From Candidatus Komeilibacteria bacterium (GTDB taxonomy: Bacteria; Patescibacteriota; Patescibacteriia; UBA1558; GWA2-36-10), in NCBI GenBank assembly GCA_018656065.1, contig JABHZY010000024.1, positions 75,980 to 139,979 of the forward strand: 64,000 nucleotides of DNA, given 5' to 3'. Both the position numbers and the translations under genes were made by a program. Position 1 is the stretch's first letter; every line of letters starts with the position of its first letter. Of the stretch, positions 20,531 through 30,992 are shown piece after piece. The notes beneath the pieces are model-generated. The model saw only the letters and a program-made list of their open reading frames with translations. It was not told where the DNA came from and did no database searches.

Positions 20531-21859
20531 TTATTTTTTCTTAATTTGATAAGCTCCTAAATATAAAAATCTATTATCGAGTGAAAATGACAATGAACGA
20601 GCGCTATGATTAGTCGGTAAGTCATCAATAGCCCAGCTTCCACCATTGTCTATAGAATGATAAAGAGCTTTTGAAGTGGCGTAAAATAATTCATCAGTAT
20701 TTTTCGGATTTACCAATACTGCAAATATAGCCTCTCCTTTATTTGGTGGTGTAAGTAATTTGATCTGCTTCCAAATTGGACCATATTTATCTACCATTAC
20801 TCTATAAATAGCTCCATTATTAGCATAAATAACTGCATCCTCAACACTTCTATCTAAAGTAGCTGTGATCACAGATTTTGCACTTTTTATCTTTTTTAAA
20901 GCTACATATTTGTCTGTTTTTTCATAATCAATTTTTTCTTGCTTTGTTAAATACTGACAGGTAACCCTATTTTTTTCTTCTTGGGCATCTTCTAACAATT
21001 GAGCTTTACGATCTTCATCGTCAACACCTTCAGTATACTCTTTTTTTTCTGCTTTACTTAGACCTTTGCAAGTCTTCTTAAGTTTAGCCTCTTCTTTATC
21101 AGCTAAAAATTCTTCAAATTTAATATCCTCATCCACTTCAGCTCTATCAACTCTTAAATCTAAAAGATTTTCCCAAGTATCACCATTGTCTAAGCTTTTA
21201 AATATTCCCTTACTTTGAGTAACAGCATAGACTATTTGACTTTCTTCATTTTCTCCTACAAAAATTTTTCTTATATTATTACTAAAACGCTTTATAACAT
21301 CCCAAGACTTTCCATAATCCTTACTACGTAAAAAAGATCCTCCAGAAGTTCCAGCGTAGATTACACTATTATTATTATAACTAACCGCTAAAGATTTAAT
21401 ATATTTATCCTTAGCTGGTTCAAAATATACTTTTTCCCAGGTACGAGAACAATCAGTAGTTTTATAAATAGCATTATGAACAGCCACAAAAATAGTACAA
21501 TTCCTTTCTTGATCCACTACTATATCATTTATAGTACCCTTACCATCTAAAGTTCTGGTCCAGCCTTCGCCATAATCATAACTATAGAATATTCCATCAT
21601 GCTGTGTTCCTAAATAAATAGCACTATCATCTAAAGGATCAAAAGTCATAACCGTAACGCTAGCGGCATCAAAAGTAGCCTTTTTAGTTCCTACTGTGAA
21701 AATAGTATTCATTTTACTCCAAGTAGCTCCTAAATCATTACTCCTAAAAAATCCGCCCGTTAAATTTTCTGGCGCTTTAGATTTATTTGAAACACTAATA
21801 CACCCTGATAAAAACAGTGGTAATATGAGGACCAAGGCAGCTAATTTTTGTTTTTTCAT
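20531..21859 (-). CDS. Lipoprotein with BNR/Asp-box beta-propeller (sortilin/YCF48-like)
   Basis: Lipobox LSGC; repeated S-x-D-x-G-x-T/S-W boxes. Confidence 0.8.
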   Translation of the reverse strand: MKKQKLAALVLILPLFLSGCISVSNKSKAPENLTGGFFRSNDLGATWSKMNTIFTVGTKKATFDAASVTVMTFDPLDDSAIYLGTQHDGIFYSYDYGEGWTRTLDGKGTINDIVVDQERNCTIFVAVHNAIYKTTDCSRTWEKVYFEPAKDKYIKSLAVSYNNNSVIYAGTSGGSFLRSKDYGKSWDVIKRFSNNIRKIFVGENEESQIVYAVTQSKGIFKSLDNGDTWENLLDLRVDRAEVDEDIKFEEFLADKEEAKLKKTCKGLSKAEKKEYTEGVDDEDRKAQLLEDAQEEKNRVTCQYLTKQEKIDYEKTDKYVALKKIKSAKSVITATLDRSVEDAVIYANNGAIYRVMVDKYGPIWKQIKLLTPPNKGEAIFAVLVNPKNTDELFYATSKALYHSIDNGGSWAIDDLPTNHSARSLSFSLDNRFLYLGAYQIKKK

Positions 21860-21863
21860 ATTT

Positions 21864-22865
21864 TTATTCGATACTTAAAAATAAATTTTCCCACATTAAT
21901 TGTGGTGATATATTATAATTTAATTTTTGTTTAGCTTTATTTATTAACAGAAGATTATTTATTAAACTTTGTTGATTAAATTTTTGAGACAAAGCGTTTA
22001 TTTCTTTATTATAAATTTCGTTTACTATTGGTCGATCTAGCTTAACCCATAAAATATCTCTTAAAAAAACTTCAAAAAGATCTAAATATTCTCTAGTTAG
22101 ATTACCTAATTCATATAATTTGTAACCTGGATATTCTTTTTTCAAAATTTCAAACCATTTATCTATAGCTTGCATATAATAAAAAGTTCCGCCTGCCATC
22201 ATTTTTAGTATAAAACTTGAGCTTTTCTTAAATTGTTCTAAATCATCTGCCATTAATCTCAAGGCTACGCCTGGTCTACCAAAAGATAAATTAATAATTG
22301 TTTCTTTTTCTTCATTAGAAAACTTATAATTTTCTAACCAAGCTTTCATATCTTCTTTAACTAAAGATTTAAATTTTACTAACTGAGCTCTAGATATAAC
22401 AGTACTAGGTAAATTAGCAATGGAATCAGCTATCATAATAATAGTAGTATTAGCTGGCGGCTCTTCTAAAGTTTTAAGTAAGGCATTAGCACTGAACAAA
22501 TTAATAGTCTCCGTACCATAAATAATAGCGATCTTTCTATGCCCACTAAGATTAGACATGGAAATTTTATGTAAAAATTCACGAATATTATCTACGCTCA
22601 AAGCTTCTCTATCACCTACTTTATAAAGATCTAAAAAAGTACCTCGATTTATCATCTGACAATAATCACACTTATCGCAAGGCTTACTTTTGTCAGATAA
22701 ACAAAAAATACTTCTGACAAAGTAATCTGTGACTGTTTTTTTACCCAAACCAGCTGGACCATAAAACAAATATGTATTGGCCAGCTTATCTTGACTAATA
22801 GTCTCTTGTAAAAACTTTAATTGGTTTTTATGACCATAAATAGGCCACTTATATGGCTGTGACAT
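21864..22865 (-). CDS. holB: DNA polymerase III subunit delta'
   Basis: Start MSQPYKW; GPAGLGK, Zn motif and ANALLKTLEEPP; TVISRAQ. Confidence 0.85.
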   Translation of the reverse strand: MSQPYKWPIYGHKNQLKFLQETISQDKLANTYLFYGPAGLGKKTVTDYFVRSIFCLSDKSKPCDKCDYCQMINRGTFLDLYKVGDREALSVDNIREFLHKISMSNLSGHRKIAIIYGTETINLFSANALLKTLEEPPANTTIIMIADSIANLPSTVISRAQLVKFKSLVKEDMKAWLENYKFSNEEKETIINLSFGRPGVALRLMADDLEQFKKSSSFILKMMAGGTFYYMQAIDKWFEILKKEYPGYKLYELGNLTREYLDLFEVFLRDILWVKLDRPIVNEIYNKEINALSQKFNQQSLINNLLLINKAKQKLNYNISPQLMWENLFLSIE

Positions 22866-22960
22866 TACATATAAAATACCATTTTCTAAGCTAAAAATCA
22901 ACCTGTGAATAAAAGAAAACCGTTGCAATCATAAATGACTACAACGGTATATGCCTGATA

Positions 22961-23212
22961 CTAACTAGCAGCTGACTCGGTTTGCTTACGAACCCTCTCG
23001 CGTTCCTCAATACACTGAGTGTAATACTCTTTGTTTAGACGATCGAACTCGCGTAAACTGATAGCAGTCCGATGATCTTCGGGTTGCAAACTGCAGAGCT
23101 TATACCAAGGATTAAATAATCCCCCCGGATTGTGAGTCTCAACTTGCCCATCACAATCCTCATAAGGACAGTCGTCCCCAATAAGCAAATCATCCCACTT
23201 CGGCTCTTTCAT
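22961..23212 (-). CDS. Small orphan protein, possible Zn-ribbon (CPYEDC...C...H)
   Basis: AGGAGAG SD before ATG 23212; higher GC than neighbours; downstream hairpin at about 22917-22949. Confidence 0.5.
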   Translation of the reverse strand: MKEPKWDDLLIGDDCPYEDCDGQVETHNPGGLFNPWYKLCSLQPEDHRTAISLREFDRLNKEYYTQCIEERERVRKQTESAAS

Positions 23213-23315
23213 AATCTCTCCTAATAAGTTGCGGGAAATTAATCCCTCCAATAGACGATCCGAATCAATATCGAATCAAGAACAGACCAAAATATAATAA
23301 AAAAACAGACTTTTG

Positions 23316-23711
23316 TCAAGTCTGTTCATCAAGTGCTTTATTGACCAAAGCATCCGCTTCTTTGTTATTCTCTCGCCGTACATGAGCAAAGCTAATTTTT
23401 TTAAATTTGAGACTCAAATTCCAAGTTTTAACGAATACTTTAGCTAATTCCTTATTTTTTACTTTATATTCTTGCTTAAGTTGTTTAACAACTAATTCAC
23501 TATCCAGATAACACTCTAATTCTTTAATATTATTTTTTATAGCTAATTTTAATCCATGTTCTAGGGCTTGATACTCAGCTTGATTGTTAGTAGTTTCACC
23601 AATATATTTAGAAAAGTCTGCTATTTTATCCTCTCCCTTATAAAAAACACCACCAATAGCGGCTGGGCCTGGATTACCTCTAGCTCCTCCGTCTGTAAAA
23701 AGCTTAACCAT
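23316..23711 (-). CDS. rnhA: Ribonuclease HI family protein
   Basis: TDGGARGNPG, TNNQAEY, DSELVVKQ and NKEADALVN motifs. Confidence 0.9.
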   Translation of the reverse strand: MVKLFTDGGARGNPGPAAIGGVFYKGEDKIADFSKYIGETTNNQAEYQALEHGLKLAIKNNIKELECYLDSELVVKQLKQEYKVKNKELAKVFVKTWNLSLKFKKISFAHVRRENNKEADALVNKALDEQT

Positions 23712-25401
23712 TATTTTTAATATCTTTAATAATCAATTGTATTTCTCGATTGCCATTCCATTGATTGATACTTAAATTATATACTATATCTATTTTATCT
23801 CCCAACTCTAATGGCATTTTACCTAAGCCAAAAGCAATTGCTCCTTTTTTCTTATTACCTTTAGAAACTTCTAACTTCAAATGCTTTCCATCGTTACCAA
23901 CTTGTCTTAAAGAAGTGACTGATAAACCCGTAGACATAAATAAGGGTTCTGGATTTTTTTGTCCATAGGGACGAAATTTTTCTAGCAAATCAACTAGATC
24001 CCAAGATATTTCTTCAAAATCTATACCTAATTCTATTTCTAAACTTGATTTAAACTGTGCATCCTTAAGTTTATCAGCTGCTCTCTCTTTCATCTTTTTT
24101 ATAAACTCTTCCTGTTTAACTGGATCCATAGAAAAACCACAAGCCTGCGGATGTCCACCATATTTAATAAGTAATTCCTCATTATCTTGTAAAGCTTCAA
24201 TAATATTAAATTCTGGAACACTTCTCCCGGAGCCAACTATATTATCCTCTACCTTAGTCATCACAAAAGCTGGCCTTGAATACTCACGAGATAATCTTCC
24301 AGCCACTAGACCAGTTAAACCACTGGACCATTCTGGATTATAGAAAGTTAGTAGGGAATCATCTTCGTTTATTTTTTGAGCTTTAGCCTCACGAACAATT
24401 TTCTCAGTTAATTTTTGTCTATCTAAATTTGATTGGTTAAGTTCTGTGGCAAGTTCTGTGGCCTTAGCATCATCTTCTTCAACCATCAAAAAATAAGCTA
24501 GGTTAGCATGATCCATACGACCAGCAGCATTGACTCTTGGTGCTAAAGAAAAACCAATTGATCTAGTATCAATTTTATTAACATCTAAATTAGCAATTTC
24601 TATCAGCTTTTTCATTCCTAGACGCTGTGTTTTTTTAAGAACCAGCATTCCATATTTAACTAATGTCCTGTTTTCTCCTAATAAAGGCACCATATCCGCT
24701 ACAGTAGCTAAAGCCACCATATCTAATAACCATTTTTCATTAAGCTCTTTTTCTTTGGCAGATAAATCATTCTTAACATGAGAAAGTAATGCCTGAGCCA
24801 ATTTAAAAGCCACACCTCCACCGGCTAAAAATTTAAAAGGATATTTTTCATCTTTAACTTGCGGATGAATAATAGCTAGGGCTTTAGGTAATTTCTCAGG
24901 GACAGTATGATGATCAGTAATAATAACATCTAAACCTTTTTCATTAGCTATATTTACTTCTTCGTAATTACTAATTCCACAATCACAAGTGATAACTACT
25001 TTACTTTTACCAGCTAATTCTTCTACTGCTTTTTTATTTAAGCCATAGCCTTCCTTTTCACGATGAGGTAAATATACTTCCACATTAGCTTTCAAATTTT
25101 TAAGCACACTGCGAAGTATAACAGCTGAAGAAACTCCATCGGCATCATAATCACCATAGACAGTTATAAGCTCTTTATTTTTTATAGCTTTATATATTCT
25201 CTGACAAACTTTTTCCATATCTTTAAAAAGATGTGGATCATGAACATCCTTACTATAATCCGGACTTAAAAACTCATCAATTTCTTTTTGAGTTTTGAGA
25301 TCACGGTTATATAATAATTGAACTACAATAGGATGTAATTCTGGAAATTCATCTATAAATTCTTGACTAGGCTTTTGAGGTAATTTCCAAATATATGACA
25401 T
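23704..25401 (-). CDS. recJ: ssDNA exonuclease RecJ
   Basis: GDYDADG, TDHH, PRVNAAGR, GSGRS and GGH motifs. Confidence 0.96.
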   Translation of the reverse strand: MSYIWKLPQKPSQEFIDEFPELHPIVVQLLYNRDLKTQKEIDEFLSPDYSKDVHDPHLFKDMEKVCQRIYKAIKNKELITVYGDYDADGVSSAVILRSVLKNLKANVEVYLPHREKEGYGLNKKAVEELAGKSKVVITCDCGISNYEEVNIANEKGLDVIITDHHTVPEKLPKALAIIHPQVKDEKYPFKFLAGGGVAFKLAQALLSHVKNDLSAKEKELNEKWLLDMVALATVADMVPLLGENRTLVKYGMLVLKKTQRLGMKKLIEIANLDVNKIDTRSIGFSLAPRVNAAGRMDHANLAYFLMVEEDDAKATELATELNQSNLDRQKLTEKIVREAKAQKINEDDSLLTFYNPEWSSGLTGLVAGRLSREYSRPAFVMTKVEDNIVGSGRSVPEFNIIEALQDNEELLIKYGGHPQACGFSMDPVKQEEFIKKMKERAADKLKDAQFKSSLEIELGIDFEEISWDLVDLLEKFRPYGQKNPEPLFMSTGLSVTSLRQVGNDGKHLKLEVSKGNKKKGAIAFGLGKMPLELGDKIDIVYNLSINQWNGNREIQLIIKDIKNNG

Positions 25402-25469
25402 AAAAATAAAATCACGTAAGTTAACGTGATAATATTGTATCAGTAATTGATATGTTTTGACAAATAACC

Positions 25470-25856
25470 CTACTTTATCTTAAGAACCTTAATCTTACGA
25501 ATATTTTTTGAACTACTTTTTTGAACTACTTTTTCTTCTAGCTTAGGAAGTGTTTTTATTTCCGGCTTAGAATGTTTGGCGGACTTTTTTTTCTTAGCTT
25601 TCCCAGGTTTTAAATATTTTAATTCCTGTTGCAAAAACCACAAAGCAAAAGTTAACATAAATAAACCAACTAATGTTAACAAGAAAAATGGATTATTAAA
25701 ATTAAAAAATGAAAACTCTGGTTTATGAACTTCTTGATATTCATCAACAATAGCCACAACCTCTTGATTGAGTTCATTTAATTTATTGTCAGTCTCTAGT
25801 AGATTATCCATAATTGGATCCTCCACTTGGACTATTTTTTTTATTTGCTCAGACAT
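25470..25856 (-). CDS. Hypothetical single-TM protein
   Basis: Acidic N-terminus, one TM, basic C-terminus; in operon. Confidence 0.6.
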   Translation of the reverse strand: MSEQIKKIVQVEDPIMDNLLETDNKLNELNQEVVAIVDEYQEVHKPEFSFFNFNNPFFLLTLVGLFMLTFALWFLQQELKYLKPGKAKKKKSAKHSKPEIKTLPKLEEKVVQKSSSKNIRKIKVLKIK

Positions 25857-26980
25857 TTGATTGTTTTATTTGCAATATTAATCATCTCAGCTTCTTCAAT
25901 AACTAACACTTTACAATTTTTTGGTTTTTGTATTTTTTTAAGTATCATTTTACGTATAATAGCGCTATTTTGACCAATACCCCCTGTGAAAACTATGGCA
26001 TCTAATTTTTTACTCATACCAATATAAGAAGCTAAAAAACGCGCAACATTATAAACAAAGATTGATATGGCTAACTTAGCTCTCTTTCTGTCTAATGGAC
26101 TATATTTATGACTAGCTTTGAAACCACTAACCTTATAACCAGCAGCTGATAAAATGTCTCTCAAATCCCTCATATTGGTCAATCCTAGTAGGCCAGACTT
26201 TTTATTTAATAAATCTTCAATATCTTTGTTTTTCATCTTTAGCTCAGAGGCTAAATAAAATACTATAGCCGTTGGTACATCTCCACTCCTAGTAGACATA
26301 GTTAAGCCTTCATTAGGAGAAAATCCCATAGTAGTATCTATTACCTTACCATCCATATACCAAGCCAGACTAGATCCGGAACCAAGGTGACAAGTAACAG
26401 CTTTGAATTTGTTTATTTTTTTATCTAATTTTTTAGCTGCTAACTTAGTAACCATTTCGTGATTCAAACCATGAAAGCCATATTTTCTGATTTTATGCTT
26501 ATTATATAAAAAATTTGGCAGAGAATATTGATAGACTTCTGGTTTTAATCCACTGTGCCAAGAAGTATCAAAAGAAACTGACATTTTTACTCGTGGCCAA
26601 GTTTGCCTAACTAATTTCATTAACTCCAAAGTAACAGGGTTATGAAGTGGAGCTAACTTATTGTATTTAACAATTTTTTTTAAAAAACTATTATTAACCT
26701 TAACTGTATCAGTAAATTCTTCTCCGCCATGAACGATTCTAAAACCTACATAACGAATATCATAAACATCTAAAATTTCATATAAATAATCCCACCAATC
26801 TTTGAGATTATAACCAGTCTGATAATTTATGGTTTTCTTTTTATATTTTAAAACACTTTTATCTCCATGTAAAGAAATTGATCCATCTAAAACTTGTTTA
26901 CCAATTTTTTTAGTAACTTCAAAAACAGTAAATTTTAAACTACTACTTCCTCCATTTAAAACTAATAAATGTTTTTTCAT
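25841..26980 (-). CDS. ackA: Acetate/propionate kinase
   Basis: NGGSSSLK, RIVHGG, APLHNP, RKYGFHG, TTMGFSP and FTGGIG motifs. Confidence 0.92.
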   Translation of the reverse strand: MKKHLLVLNGGSSSLKFTVFEVTKKIGKQVLDGSISLHGDKSVLKYKKKTINYQTGYNLKDWWDYLYEILDVYDIRYVGFRIVHGGEEFTDTVKVNNSFLKKIVKYNKLAPLHNPVTLELMKLVRQTWPRVKMSVSFDTSWHSGLKPEVYQYSLPNFLYNKHKIRKYGFHGLNHEMVTKLAAKKLDKKINKFKAVTCHLGSGSSLAWYMDGKVIDTTMGFSPNEGLTMSTRSGDVPTAIVFYLASELKMKNKDIEDLLNKKSGLLGLTNMRDLRDILSAAGYKVSGFKASHKYSPLDRKRAKLAISIFVYNVARFLASYIGMSKKLDAIVFTGGIGQNSAIIRKMILKKIQKPKNCKVLVIEEAEMINIANKTIKCLSK

Positions 26981-27543
26981 ATATCTAAATCTACTACACT
27001 ACAGCTAAGTAAACCTGCTGCATTTGCCTCGTCAGTATCTAAATGAATAACTGTACTATAGTTACCAATTCTAACGGTTATTTCTCTAATCTCCATAGCC
27101 CGCGGACCTCTGACTATAGCCCTCACCTTTTGACCAGCTTTAAGTTTCCATTTTTTAGCATCTTCTTTGGATATATGCAGATGTCTCTTAGCTATAATTA
27201 CCCCTTCTTTGAGTCTAACGCTACCTTTTGGCCCTTTGATGGTTACACCGCCTGGACTAGCCTTAAGATCTCCTGACACACGAAATTCAGGCTTAACACC
27301 TATATTTCTAGCGTCAGTCAAAGATAATTCAATTTGAGTTTGTTTTCTAACTGGCCCTACTATACGAATCATTAACTTTCCCTCTGGCCCTTTAATTTCT
27401 ACTTTTCCCTTAGCTGCAAATTCACCTGGTTGAGATAATTTTTTAATAGCTTTAAGCTCATAACCTTTACCAAAAAGCTTATCCAGATGAGCTCTAGAAA
27501 GATGTAAATGTCTAGCTGAAATTTCTGCTTTTACTTTTTTCAT
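26977..27543 (-). CDS. pduL: PduL-type phosphotransacylase
   Basis: SARHLHLS, LSQPGEFAA, RHLH and HLDTDEANAA motifs. Confidence 0.92.
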   Translation of the reverse strand: MKKVKAEISARHLHLSRAHLDKLFGKGYELKAIKKLSQPGEFAAKGKVEIKGPEGKLMIRIVGPVRKQTQIELSLTDARNIGVKPEFRVSGDLKASPGGVTIKGPKGSVRLKEGVIIAKRHLHISKEDAKKWKLKAGQKVRAIVRGPRAMEIREITVRIGNYSTVIHLDTDEANAAGLLSCSVVDLDI

Positions 27544-27544
27544 A

Positions 27545-28534
27545 CTATAAATTATACTTTTTCAAATCTTTAGCTGTAAGCAATCCTTCTTGAGCGCCTA
27601 TTTTCATAATTACTGAATTACTATTCAAAACCCCTAATTTTAAAGATTTTTCTAAGTCCCAATTATATTTAATCAAACCAGCTGTTAATCCGGAACCAAA
27701 TGAATCTCCAGCACCAGTTGTATTAATGCCTTTACGTTTTAAAGCTGCTTTGAAATACATTTTTTTACCATCATACATATAAGCACCCTTAGGTCCGTCA
27801 GTAATAACAGTCAATCTTTGACCATATTGATGTAAAAATTTAAGAATATTTCTAATATTATCTTTAGTATCTTTTCCTTTAACGCTCATTACTAATTCTA
27901 AAGCTTCATCACGATTAACATCAAATACAGCTGTGCGTTTCATATACTTAGCTAATCCTTTAAGGCCTAATTTCAATTGGTTGGTGCCTGGATTCCAAGC
28001 AATCTGACAACCCTTTTTCTCACAATGATCAAAAAGACGATTTAAGCCAGGTTTAAAATTACCCGACAAAGAAGTAAGATATACCCAGGGTGTATTTATT
28101 TTTTTGATGACTGACTGACTAAGTTCAATTTTATTATTAGCACCTCGATAAGCAAATATTACATGTTCTTTAAACTTGCCAACATTTATAATAGATGAAG
28201 TCCCCGTTTTCAAATTCTTTTGTATTTGTAATAATTTAGTAGATACTTTTCTAGATTTTAAATAATCTATCATTTCTTTGGCTACCAAATCATCTCCCAG
28301 AGACAAAATAGCTTGAGTTTTTATTCCTAAAGAGGCTAAAGATACCGCGGCATTCATACCACCGCCACCAAAAACAAAATGTACATCTTTACTATAAAGC
28401 TTAGCTCCATATTCAAAACCAATTAATTTTTGACGAAGCAAGTCTGCTTTATTATCAATAATCACCATGTCATCCGTATAAAACATAATGTCACGGGTTG
28501 CACCGCCTATAGTGGTAATTTTATTTTTTAACAT
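27545..28534 (-). CDS. PfkB-family carbohydrate kinase
   Basis: Probable start MLKNKITT; GGGGMN, N..E and TTGAGDSFGSG motifs. Confidence 0.88.
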   Translation of the reverse strand: MLKNKITTIGGATRDIMFYTDDMVIIDNKADLLRQKLIGFEYGAKLYSKDVHFVFGGGGMNAAVSLASLGIKTQAILSLGDDLVAKEMIDYLKSRKVSTKLLQIQKNLKTGTSSIINVGKFKEHVIFAYRGANNKIELSQSVIKKINTPWVYLTSLSGNFKPGLNRLFDHCEKKGCQIAWNPGTNQLKLGLKGLAKYMKRTAVFDVNRDEALELVMSVKGKDTKDNIRNILKFLHQYGQRLTVITDGPKGAYMYDGKKMYFKAALKRKGINTTGAGDSFGSGLTAGLIKYNWDLEKSLKLGVLNSNSVIMKIGAQEGLLTAKDLKKYNL

Positions 28535-28538
28535 TTCT

Positions 28539-28766
28539 TTAAATATAACGATTGTATTCCTTAATTCTGTCAATTATCATTTTCATAATGTAAATAAAAA
28601 CCGTAAACATACCCGTTACAAAAATCATTTGACCTTTAAATCCAACATCGAAGGAAGCTAATTGCTGGACAAGAGTAATAGCTACTAAAATTCCTAGTAC
28701 AACTACTGCTGTAAAAAGAAGCATAACTAAAGTAAAAATTAATTCTACAACTTTATGCAAAGACAT
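28539..28766 (-). CDS. Small two-TM hypothetical protein
   Basis: Two hydrophobic segments; operon spacing. Confidence 0.55.
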   Translation of the reverse strand: MSLHKVVELIFTLVMLLFTAVVVLGILVAITLVQQLASFDVGFKGQMIFVTGMFTVFIYIMKMIIDRIKEYNRYI

Positions 28767-28815
28767 AATTATTATTTTTAATTATTTGATTATATTATAA
28801 CAAAAATAGAGACAA

Positions 28816-29289
28816 TTAGCTAATGTCTCTAAATTTTATAATATGGTATCCAGCCACTGCCATGGCCACCCCAACATTGAGTGATTCTTTAATGCCGTTC
28901 ATGGGTAAAGAAATAGTTGTGTCGACTTGTTTAAGCATAGTCTCAGACACACCGTGTACTTCATTTCCTAATAAGAGTGCCATAGGAAATTTTGGCTTAA
29001 AATCCAAATAATCAATAGAGCTATCGCCAGTTTCCAAAGCTACAATTTTGACACCTTCTTTTTTTAATTTTTTAATCAAATAAGAAAGACTTTTATAATG
29101 CTGCCAGGACACAGCCTCTTCGGCTCCCAAAGCTACTTTAGATATTTCTTTTCTTGGTGGAGTACCAGAGTAGCCAGTCAAAAACAGCCGATCTACTCCT
29201 AGAGCATCGGCAGTTCGAAACATCGTGCCTATGTTATATAGGCTACGAATATTATGAGCGATGATATATAAATCTTTATTCGTTGTCAT
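28816..29289 (-). CDS. TrmH/SpoU-family RNA methyltransferase
   Basis: NIG..FRT, GNEVHG and ESLNV motifs. Confidence 0.92.
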   Translation of the reverse strand: MTTNKDLYIIAHNIRSLYNIGTMFRTADALGVDRLFLTGYSGTPPRKEISKVALGAEEAVSWQHYKSLSYLIKKLKKEGVKIVALETGDSSIDYLDFKPKFPMALLLGNEVHGVSETMLKQVDTTISLPMNGIKESLNVGVAMAVAGYHIIKFRDIS

Positions 29290-30883
29290 GAAAAACTTCT
29301 TCTTTTTTCTCTCTCATAAATCCAAGCCAATCTTCAAAAGCAGCTACAAACAATTTAAATGGCGCTTCAATGATGTAATCCATAATAAAAGCAAAAAGAT
29401 TTATACTCTTAAATCTAGCAGACATCCAACGTCCAGCTGAAACAACTGGTAATGCAAAAAAGTTTATAAAGAATGATAAAACGCCCTCTTTTTTCTTTTC
29501 TATTCGGAGTTCTTTGGCAGTAGCCCTAATACGAATAGCAAAAAAACTAACCGCTGTTAAGAAGAATAAGAATATTGCGCCACTGAGTAGGTTAAATTCT
29601 AAACGTCTAAGGAAATATATAATAGCTCCAAAAACTACAATATATAAAACTGTGTACATAAAATAATAAAAAACTTGATAAGAAAGATTTTTATTATATT
29701 TAGTTTTGAGCTGACACAAAATAGATTGCTCAGGCTTGTTGTAAACTACATTGTGTAAATTCTCCAAAATTAAGTCTGTATTTTTTTTACTCAATGGTCT
29801 AATAGTAAGTGTCACTAAAAACATTAAAAATACTGGAAATAAAACATTAATACCTAAATTAGTATAGTGCACTCCATCTAAAACATACATTTCGTATGGA
29901 AATTCAACAAGTAAAGCTATTAAAGATTTTGTAATAAAAATATAAACTATTGCTCTAATTGAAGCACGAGATATTCTATTTTTAATGCTTTTATATTTTT
30001 TATTAATGAGTAGCTTGGCTTCTGCCTCCAGCATATCTGGATTAGCCAAAAGCTCTTGAATACCACTACCATGACTTAGAATCAACTCATGTAAAATCTT
30101 AAAAGTAACTACTGGCTCTTTAATAGACTTTAAAATTCTACGTTGGTATGGGTGTCTAAGATGGTGATGAATATTTTTATAGATCTCTGGCAGGTGAGTA
30201 GCCATTATTTTAATAGTGTCTCTATCAGCGTTAAGCCATTTATCATAAAATAAATTCAAAAGATGAAAAGATATAATAGTATCGTCTGACTTTACTATAG
30301 ATTTATGAATAGCAATATAGAGTTGAAGATTCTTTTCCCTAATACTAAGATCATCATCACCCTTTAACTTAACCCTGGGTTTGCTAATCTCATACATGGC
30401 CTCAATGACCGCATCGCCAATATCTTCAGGATTAAGTAATATATCAATTTCACAAGCCTCAAGAGCGATTAACCAATCAAAATATTCTCTGATCTCGTCG
30501 CCGTGATACAAATCATTCATTAAAGAAAATAAATCATTGTATTTTTTTATAATCTTTTCTACTTCGGCTATTTTATATTCAGGAATGGTTTTATTTGGAA
30601 GATAACGAGAACGCACTAAATCTTCTATTAAGCCAGTGGCAATTTGTGGCTTAAGAAGCTCCATAATAAAACGTCGTTTAATATTTCTTTCAATAGCAAA
30701 ACGACGAAGTAAATGAACTTCTTTGAAATCAACAGTGTTACGAAGTTTTTCGTATAAAGCTGAAAAATGACTAGTTATTTCTTCAACTTCTACCAAACTT
30801 TCTTCTTGAGCTGCAAGTTCTCTTTGCCTGTAAATCTGTTCTAATTTTTTATAAAGTAGAATGATTTCTTGCGATATTTTCAT
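29276..30883 (-). CDS. Conserved hypothetical membrane protein
   Basis: 535-aa ORF with YEKLRN..D...HLLRR.AIER N-domain and C-terminal TMs. Confidence 0.7.
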   Translation of the reverse strand: MKISQEIILLYKKLEQIYRQRELAAQEESLVEVEEITSHFSALYEKLRNTVDFKEVHLLRRFAIERNIKRRFIMELLKPQIATGLIEDLVRSRYLPNKTIPEYKIAEVEKIIKKYNDLFSLMNDLYHGDEIREYFDWLIALEACEIDILLNPEDIGDAVIEAMYEISKPRVKLKGDDDLSIREKNLQLYIAIHKSIVKSDDTIISFHLLNLFYDKWLNADRDTIKIMATHLPEIYKNIHHHLRHPYQRRILKSIKEPVVTFKILHELILSHGSGIQELLANPDMLEAEAKLLINKKYKSIKNRISRASIRAIVYIFITKSLIALLVEFPYEMYVLDGVHYTNLGINVLFPVFLMFLVTLTIRPLSKKNTDLILENLHNVVYNKPEQSILCQLKTKYNKNLSYQVFYYFMYTVLYIVVFGAIIYFLRRLEFNLLSGAIFLFFLTAVSFFAIRIRATAKELRIEKKKEGVLSFFINFFALPVVSAGRWMSARFKSINLFAFIMDYIIEAPFKLFVAAFEDWLGFMREKKEEVFHDNE

Positions 30884-30944
30884 AGCTAAAATATACCATA
30901 ATTAAGCTTTTTCTTCAATATAATATATATCATAATAATAAGAC

Positions 30945-30965
30945 AAAAGCAAGTCATTTGCTTTT
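30945..30965. promoter_or_regulatory. Palindromic operator, candidate Fur/Zur box
   Basis: AAAAGCAAGT-C-ATTTGCTTTT (10-1-10, one mismatch) just upstream of the Fur-family gene. Confidence 0.5.
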
Positions 30966-30992
30966 ATAAAAATAAGCTGCTAAAATATTTAC

